DNA of 64,000 bases from an uncultured delta proteobacterium (GTDB taxonomy: Bacteria; Desulfobacterota; BSN033; UBA1163): NCBI GenBank assembly GCA_963827685.1, contig CAWHBU010000003.1:864001-928000 (forward strand), given 5' to 3'. The position numbers and the translations under genes are program-made. A model generated the notes under the pieces. That model had not been told where the DNA came from. It saw only the letters and a program-made list of their open reading frames with translations, and searched no databases. This document shows, in pieces, positions 57,708-64,000 of this stretch. How positions within the stretch are numbered: the first letter of the stretch is position 1; every line of letters starts with the position of its first letter.

Positions 57708-58858
57708 TTTGCAACCTCCCGTATCATTTTTAAAATATCCTCTGGATCTTGGATCTGCCCGATCAGTCTTGGAGGAAGAAAGGAGACTTCGGCAAAATGA
57801 GCCGCCTCTGCCCTGATGTATGGGTAGACTTGGCCGAGATTATTTTCCAGGACGATGACATGTTTTGCCTTTCTGGCCATGTTTCTGATCTCTTCCCCTG
57901 GAAAAGGCCACACAGTAATCAGTCGTAGCGTCCCGACAGGGATCCCATCGTCCCTTGCCTGAAAAGCTGCTGCCGCTGCTGCGCGGGCCACAGCCCCATA
58001 AGAGACCAAGACAATCTCCGCTCCCTCATAGTCGCGTTCAACCAGGGTGATCTCTCTCATGTGCTTGAGGATCTTATTACTGAGCTTCCGGATGAAATTG
58101 TCCAGCACAGAGATATCAATTAAGTTTCGCTTTCCAAATTCATCATGGCATGAACTGGTGACGTGGGCTTTAAATCCCTTTCCAAAGATCGGCATAGGAG
58201 CTACATCCTCATCGAGAAAACCTTTAATCTTCTGGATATCGGTCCCTGGTTCAGGAATCCTTCGATACTCTGTCTGGATTTTTTCAGATTCTGGGATGAT
58301 CACTTCCTCTCTCATATGTCCAACAAAAGCGTCGGAGAGGATAAAGACCGGAGTCCGGTACCTCTCGGCATAATTGAAAGCAATAACCGTGTAATCGAAC
58401 ATCTCCTGGGGAGAGGAAGGGCAAAGGGCGATAATCTCATAATCTCCATGGGAGCCCCTTTTTGCTTGAATCATATCTCCTTGAACTCCGACGGTAGGCA
58501 TCCCTGTCGATGGAGCCCCCCTCTGGACATTGACGATGACACACGGTGTCTCCACACTTATGCCAAACCCGATGTTTTCCAGCATCAGACTGATCCCTGG
58601 ACCAGATGTGACGGTCATCGACTTCTTGCCGGCCCAAGAGGCACCAATGACCGCTGCAATCGAACTGATCTCATCCTCCATCTGGAAAAAATCACCTCCA
58701 ACCTGTGGCAACCGTTCTGCTAATCTGTTGGCCACTTCAGTGGCCGGAGTAATCGGGTAGCCTGCTGTGAACTCACATCCAGCGGCTATGGCACCCTCAG
58801 CACAGGCTACATTGCCCATCATGAAATATCTTCCTGTAAGCACCCTCTTTCCATTCAT
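57704..58858 (-). CDS. 2-oxoacid:ferredoxin oxidoreductase alpha subunit
   Basis: GYPITPATE, QMEDE, TSGPG, QRGAPSTG. Confidence 0.9.
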   Translation of the reverse strand: MNGKRVLTGRYFMMGNVACAEGAIAAGCEFTAGYPITPATEVANRLAERLPQVGGDFFQMEDEISSIAAVIGASWAGKKSMTVTSGPGISLMLENIGFGISVETPCVIVNVQRGAPSTGMPTVGVQGDMIQAKRGSHGDYEIIALCPSSPQEMFDYTVIAFNYAERYRTPVFILSDAFVGHMREEVIIPESEKIQTEYRRIPEPGTDIQKIKGFLDEDVAPMPIFGKGFKAHVTSSCHDEFGKRNLIDISVLDNFIRKLSNKILKHMREITLVERDYEGAEIVLVSYGAVARAAAAAAFQARDDGIPVGTLRLITVWPFPGEEIRNMARKAKHVIVLENNLGQVYPYIRAEAAHFAEVSFLPPRLIGQIQDPEDILKMIREVAK

Positions 58859-59094
58859 TTTTTTGATCTCCTTTGCGACTTTTCTCCTGATACAACAATG
58901 GCTAAATCAGGACAGAAGATCATGCAGTTCTCGCATGCGGTACATTGATCGCCCCTCGCGACCACAGGTGGTCTGTAACCCTTCTGGTTCAACGTTTCGG
59001 AGGGCTCAAAGACCTCTTTCTGACAGACATAGAAGCATATCTTGCAATCCTCCGCACCTTTGCATAGCTCGCGATAGATCCGCAATGCGGCCAT
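58855..59094 (-). CDS. 2-oxoacid:ferredoxin oxidoreductase delta (ferredoxin) subunit
   Basis: CKG...CKIC...C and CTACENCMIFCPD. Confidence 0.85.
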   Translation of the reverse strand: MAALRIYRELCKGAEDCKICFYVCQKEVFEPSETLNQKGYRPPVVARGDQCTACENCMIFCPDLAIVVSGEKSQRRSKK

Positions 59095-59673
59095 CTTTTT
59101 CTCCTTTCAGTCTCTTCGGAAGTGGAGGCGAAGGAAGTCTCCGCTTTTTCCCTGAGAAGGGTTTTCCAACCTTGTACAAAGGAAATCAATCATGTATTAG
59201 AGGTATTTATTTTGACAGGATTTAAAGATCATTCAGTGAACTTCAGAATCTTTCTCAATCATGTAGTGTATCTTTTCACGAAGATAGCCCGGAAGAATGG
59301 TCTCTCCGATCTTCTTGGTGATCCTTATTGAATTAACATTTGACATATTATTTGAATTCAGCTATATTGGAGCAAATTTAATACGATTATGTATGCAATT
59401 TTTAAGAAATCCTGTCAAGCTTTTATCTCTCACAAGTATTTGTCATCGACACACAACGGTAGACTTACTATCCTCCCTCTTACAAGGGAAAGTTCTTATC
59501 GGCTATTGCCAAAATGTGCTAGACCTCGCTCAGTGGTTTCTCTATGATGGACTTCCTTCGAATCTGTTCAGCCGTGGGCTCTCTGTTGAGAGATGCCTGA
59601 AGCTCCGATGATAGAAGGTAATGGTGATTCAGCAGGAGAAAGTTTTAGAAACTCACAATGAAAGGAGGGGACT

Positions 59674-60141
59674 ATGATTTCTCTTCATGTCAATGGCAAG
59701 GTCTATCCGGTGGATGTTTCCAGCGACACGCCCTTGCTTTGGGTTCTCAGGGATTATCTGAACCTCAAGGGCACCAAGTACAGTTGCGGTATTGGGGAAT
59801 GCGGGTCCTGTACGGTCCATATTGACGGCAAGGCGGTGAGGTCCTGCACGATTACCGTTGGCGAGGCCCAGCGGAAGAAGATCACAACAATCGAAGGGCT
59901 ACCGGAGAACCATCCTGTGAAAAAGGCCTGGATCAAAGAACAGGTTGTCCAGTGCGGCTATTGCCAGCCCGGGGTGATCATGCAGGTAGCAGCTCTCCTC
60001 TCCCAGAGGCCCACTCTTGATGCAGATCAAATCATAACCAAGATGGATGATGTGATCTGCCGGTGCGGAACCTATCCGCGAATCAAACGGGGTATCAAGA
60101 CTGCCATTCAGATGACGAAAAAGGAGGTGAAGAAATCATGA
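59674..60141 (+). CDS. (2Fe-2S) small subunit, IorA-like
   Basis: TPLLWVLRD, CGIGECGSC, QCGYCQPG, CRCGTY. Confidence 0.9.
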   Translation: MISLHVNGKVYPVDVSSDTPLLWVLRDYLNLKGTKYSCGIGECGSCTVHIDGKAVRSCTITVGEAQRKKITTIEGLPENHPVKKAWIKEQVVQCGYCQPGVIMQVAALLSQRPTLDADQIITKMDDVICRCGTYPRIKRGIKTAIQMTKKEVKKS

Positions 60142-62327
60142 GAACATCCATGACAAGACGTACTTTTCTAAAAGGCTCCTTGGCAGCCGCTGGCTTAACC
60201 ATCGGAGTGTCTGTCACTCCTTTTGGCCATCGGCTTCTCAATGCGTCTGAAATAGACAGTTTCAGCCCGAATGCATGGTTTAAAATCACACCCGACAACA
60301 AGGTCGCCATATTCATTGGCAATTCCGAGATGGGACAGGGAGTTCTGACTGCCCATTCCATGATCATCGCGGATGAGCTTGAAGCAGATTGGAAACAGGT
60401 CAGGGTGTTTCAGGGCGGGGCAAAGGACGAATTCAAGAGCCCTATCTTGAAAGTACAAATTACAGTAGGAAGCGCCAGTGTTAGAGGGTTTTACGAGCCA
60501 TTGCGAAAAGTGGGCGCAGCCGGACGTGCGATGCTGATCAAAGCAGCAGCCGAGACCTGGAAAGTCCCTGAAAATGAGTGCAAAGCTTCACTGGGAACTG
60601 TAAAACATGAAAAGAGCGGGCGCACCCTCACCTACGGTCAACTCTGCCTGAAAGCAGCGAAACTCGAAATTCCAAAGGATCCTCCCCTTAAGAAAGAAGA
60701 AGAGTTCAGATATATGGGCAAACCCATGCCCCGTGTGGATGTACCGGAAAAGGTGAGCGGTAAGGCGGTCTATGGTCTCGATGTTACGCTCAAGGATTTA
60801 CATTATGCCGTTATCGCACGGCCTCCTGCTTATGGTGCAAAGCCCCTATCATTTGACCAGAAAGCGGCAGAGCAGGTGAGCGGGGTATATAAGGTTGTTC
60901 AGATCCCTCAGGGGATTGCAGTATGCGCGAAATCTGTTGGTACGGCTTTAAAAGGACGGGATGCGCTGAAGGTGAACTGGGACAAAGGTGTCCTTCCGGA
61001 CATGAATAACGATTATGTCGAGAAGTCTATGAGCGAAGACCTGAACAAACCAATGGTCTCCGTGGTGAACACAGGCGACACCAAAAAAGCCATCAGTGGG
61101 GCAGCTAAAAAGGTTGAAGCAAATTACTATGTTCCTTGTGTGGCACATGCGCTCATGGAACCCATAAACTGCACTGCCTATGTGCAAAATGACCAGTGCG
61201 ATGTGTGGGCACCTACCCAGACTCAGACAGTCACCCAAATGGTCGCCTCAGGCGTATCGGGATTACCTCCGACGAAGGTCAATGTGTACACCACCTTTCT
61301 CGGATGCGGCCTAGGTAGAAGGGCGAGGCCGGATTTCGTGGCGGAGGCAGTTGCTATTTCAAAAGCCACGGGGAAGCCGGTCAAGGTCATGTGGACAAGG
61401 GAAGAAGATATCAAGTACGATGCCTTTCGCGCGCCCGCGTCTCACCGGATTGAGGCCGGCCTTGATGCTAAGGGCCAGTTGATCGGATGGTCTCACAAGG
61501 TCGTCAGCCCTTCCATCTTGAAAGACATCGCTCCTGCTGCAATCAAAAGCGGGATCGATTTCTATTGTCTGTGGGGTCTTGCAGATGCACCAGACTCTCC
61601 AATGTGGAACAACAGGATCCAGTATGAAATACCGAACCTCAACATCGAGTTCCTCATATCCAATCTACCCATGCCTGTGGCTCCATGGCGTTCGGTCCAG
61701 AACGGTCCCAATGCCTTTGTCATTGAATCTTTCGTCGACGAGCTGGCGCATGCGGCAGGGAAGGATCCCCTCGAGTTTCGCCTACAGAATTTAAAGAACA
61801 ATATGCGCGCTCGCCGCGTGCTAGAGACGGTGGCTGAAAAGGCTGGCTGGGGCAAATCCATACCAAAGGGCCAAGGCAGGGGCATTGCCCAGCATGCATG
61901 CTTTGGAACCTGGACGGCCCAGGTGGCCGACATATCGGTGGACAAGAGAGACGGCACGATCAAGGTTCATCGGATTGTGGCGGCTGTGGATTGCGGACCC
62001 GTGGTGAACCCCGATCCCTTGGTAGCCCAGATTGAGGGGGGCATTATTATTTCTCTGGGCACGGCACTCAAGGAGGAGGTCAAGTTCGCGAATGGTGGCG
62101 TCAAATCTGCCAATTTTGACGATTATAGTGTTATGCGGATGAATGAAGTGCCTGAGATCGAGGTCCACATTGTCAAAAGCAATGAGAAGATCGGCGGTAT
62201 CGGAGAGGTGGGCGTTCCTGCTGCAGCACCTGCTGTTGCAAATGCGTTCTTCAATGCAACCGGTGTTCGGATAAGGCGTCTCCCCTTGAATCCTAAGACT
62301 GTTATGGAGGCCATGAAGAAAGTGTGA
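60138..62327 (+). CDS. Tat-exported molybdopterin oxidoreductase, IorB-like
   Basis: TRRTFLK, SEMGQG, HALMEP, WRSV, QIEGG, GGIGEVG. Confidence 0.9.
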   Translation: MRTSMTRRTFLKGSLAAAGLTIGVSVTPFGHRLLNASEIDSFSPNAWFKITPDNKVAIFIGNSEMGQGVLTAHSMIIADELEADWKQVRVFQGGAKDEFKSPILKVQITVGSASVRGFYEPLRKVGAAGRAMLIKAAAETWKVPENECKASLGTVKHEKSGRTLTYGQLCLKAAKLEIPKDPPLKKEEEFRYMGKPMPRVDVPEKVSGKAVYGLDVTLKDLHYAVIARPPAYGAKPLSFDQKAAEQVSGVYKVVQIPQGIAVCAKSVGTALKGRDALKVNWDKGVLPDMNNDYVEKSMSEDLNKPMVSVVNTGDTKKAISGAAKKVEANYYVPCVAHALMEPINCTAYVQNDQCDVWAPTQTQTVTQMVASGVSGLPPTKVNVYTTFLGCGLGRRARPDFVAEAVAISKATGKPVKVMWTREEDIKYDAFRAPASHRIEAGLDAKGQLIGWSHKVVSPSILKDIAPAAIKSGIDFYCLWGLADAPDSPMWNNRIQYEIPNLNIEFLISNLPMPVAPWRSVQNGPNAFVIESFVDELAHAAGKDPLEFRLQNLKNNMRARRVLETVAEKAGWGKSIPKGQGRGIAQHACFGTWTAQVADISVDKRDGTIKVHRIVAAVDCGPVVNPDPLVAQIEGGIIISLGTALKEEVKFANGGVKSANFDDYSVMRMNEVPEIEVHIVKSNEKIGGIGEVGVPAAAPAVANAFFNATGVRIRRLPLNPKTVMEAMKKV

Positions 62328-62620
62328 GATGATGAACGGAACTGAGTGTGACGGGATGCCACCGAGCTTTTGGCCGGCGACATCCCGTTTCTTTTCTGAC
62401 TATTGACATTGGCCAAAAACGAATCGCCGATAGCGCATGGCTCGTGGCCCTATTGAGATGCTGAAAAAGGTACGGTGAGGCAAGCGACTCAGTCTTTTAC
62501 TCTATTCAAGCGAGAAATAGAAAAAATTTTAACGATAGATCAGGAGGCATTAAACCTCTTCGCTTGCCTCCTGCCAACCCTCGACATGCGAACCTGTAAA
62601 TAGCGTAATCGAAAAACCTG

Positions 62621-63598
62621 CTACACATTCTTCAAAAACTTTCTACCATTCTCACTGAAAATCCCTTTAATCTGTTTCTGAGAGAGAGGCAGCCTTTTGA
62701 TCTCCCCGACAAATTTCTTAATCTCCTCCCCGCCTCGGATCTCCTGAGGATAATCGGTACCAAAAAGAAGTTTTTCGGGCCTGATCTCAACCAGGGCACA
62801 CTTCACAGGGTTGATGTTGCCAAAACATCCACCCATGTCAAAGTATAGCCTGTTCAGGTAATTCCTGAAGGGTTCCCGTGGCAATTTTCCATGCCTTGGA
62901 TGATCCGCTATTCCCCAAAAGACCTTATCCTGATAGGGCTCGATCCGACCCATGAGGGCCGAAATTCCGCCTCCCATGTGGGAGATAATAAAGTCTAATT
63001 CTGGAAACTCATCCAAAACACCGCCGTTGATCAGCCGTATGACCGCGAGCACCAGCTGAAATTCCCTGCCCACGCTCCGCCCCAGATCATAATCCAGATA
63101 GTTCCCTGACGAACTTAGGGCTGGATGAACAAAGATGAACAGGCCCAACTCTTGCACCCTACGGTAAAAAGGCCGCAATTCCGGTGCATCAAGTTCTGTC
63201 TCTCCAACGGCCGAAGCAATGACAACCCCTTTGAACCCCAGTTCAGACACCGTCCTCTCCAGTTCACGAAAAGATGCCTCTCCCCCCAGAGGAGGAACAT
63301 GAGCCATGCCTTGAAACCTACCTGGAAAACGTTCTTCAACCCATTTTAACTTATCATTCACCATATGACATTGATTCACATCATTGACCAAACCGGAAGG
63401 TGAGGATAGGATGGCTACATCGACACCAGCCTGATCCATACAGGCAATGTGCTCTTCCAAAGCGAATAATTGCCGGCGAGGCATGGAAGCAGGTACCCCA
63501 TTTACAAAAATGGTCCTGGGCGTACCGCCCGGCCCCAACTTATCACGCACCAATTCTTCCGGCGAATAATGAATGTGAAAATCAACAATCATACCCAT
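62621..63598 (-). CDS. Amidohydrolase family 2 (decarboxylase/hydrolase-like)
   Basis: DFHIH, FVHP, SHMGG, LFGTDYP. Confidence 0.85.
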   Translation of the reverse strand: MGMIVDFHIHYSPEELVRDKLGPGGTPRTIFVNGVPASMPRRQLFALEEHIACMDQAGVDVAILSSPSGLVNDVNQCHMVNDKLKWVEERFPGRFQGMAHVPPLGGEASFRELERTVSELGFKGVVIASAVGETELDAPELRPFYRRVQELGLFIFVHPALSSSGNYLDYDLGRSVGREFQLVLAVIRLINGGVLDEFPELDFIISHMGGGISALMGRIEPYQDKVFWGIADHPRHGKLPREPFRNYLNRLYFDMGGCFGNINPVKCALVEIRPEKLLFGTDYPQEIRGGEEIKKFVGEIKRLPLSQKQIKGIFSENGRKFLKNV

Positions 63599-63665
63599 TC
63601 TCCTTCGTTCTGCTTATGATTGTAGCTTTCTTTGAATTTGACGATTAAACACGCACCCCTTCTGC

Positions 63666-64000
63666 TCAGGTTGCTTTTATTACCTCCTCATCCTCAATCT
63701 TTTGAAATCGAGGAACAACTATGATTGAACTTATGATATATTGAATTTTTCCATATACAATAGAGGTCAAAGCCGTAAGCGGACTAAAGTGCCTCAACGC
63801 GACGAGCATGGCCATTGCCGCATTTTCTACACCGACTTCAAAACATATGGCCTTGCGTTGTTTATAATTAAACCCGAAGTATTTTGGGAGATAATATCCT
63901 AATGAAAGCCCCGCCACCGCCTGTATAACACAAACGACCACAAGATATAGAAGGATGGAAAATTGTTTGATCAATGTACTGGTCCCTTTGGACATGGTGC
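63666..64000 (-). CDS. Bile acid:sodium symporter-family transporter, C-terminal part (runs off window)
   Basis: GLSLGY...RKAICFEVGVENAAMA. Confidence 0.75.
   Translation of the reverse strand, partial: TMSKGTSTLIKQFSILLYLVVVCVIQAVAGLSLGYYLPKYFGFNYKQRKAICFEVGVENAAMAMLVALRHFSPLTALTSIVYGKIQYIISSIIVVPRFQKIEDEEVIKAT

Noticed and set aside
307-63648. Numerous antisense and overlapping ORFs in the six-frame track
   Set aside because: They are shadows of well-supported genes on another frame or strand and lack motifs or SD sequences.

Overview
64 kb of an anaerobic Desulfobacterota/Deltaproteobacteria-like chromosome. It is dominated by aromatic and acyl-CoA catabolism: had-oah-dch of the benzoyl-CoA pathway, a probable non-decarboxylating glutaryl-CoA dehydrogenase, two stand-alone biotin carriers, hbd, a thiolase/DUF35 pair, two Liv-type ABC transporters, an IclR-linked NrfD/4Fe-4S/AOR-family cluster, an OFOR-AbfD-like-Ldh operon and IorAB-like genes. 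Roughly 41.4-53.5 kb is an accessory region with a YaaC-like gene, relics of tRNA-Thr, pheT and groEL, an unannotated sigma54-driven basic microprotein, and two related IS110 elements. The strongest signal is in those IS110 elements. Their upstream non-coding ends share a two-loop bridge-RNA-like scaffold whose variable guide segments each match that element's own insertion site around a CT core, and an unoccupied matching target lies 8.5 kb away. Other unexplained structure includes many intercistronic inverted arrays of short tandem repeats (one enclosing a four-helix-bundle gene), a ~275-bp nested rod-like element, and a recurring 28-bp palindromic operator. All calls are by eye from the sequence and ORF track; no database search or folding program was run.
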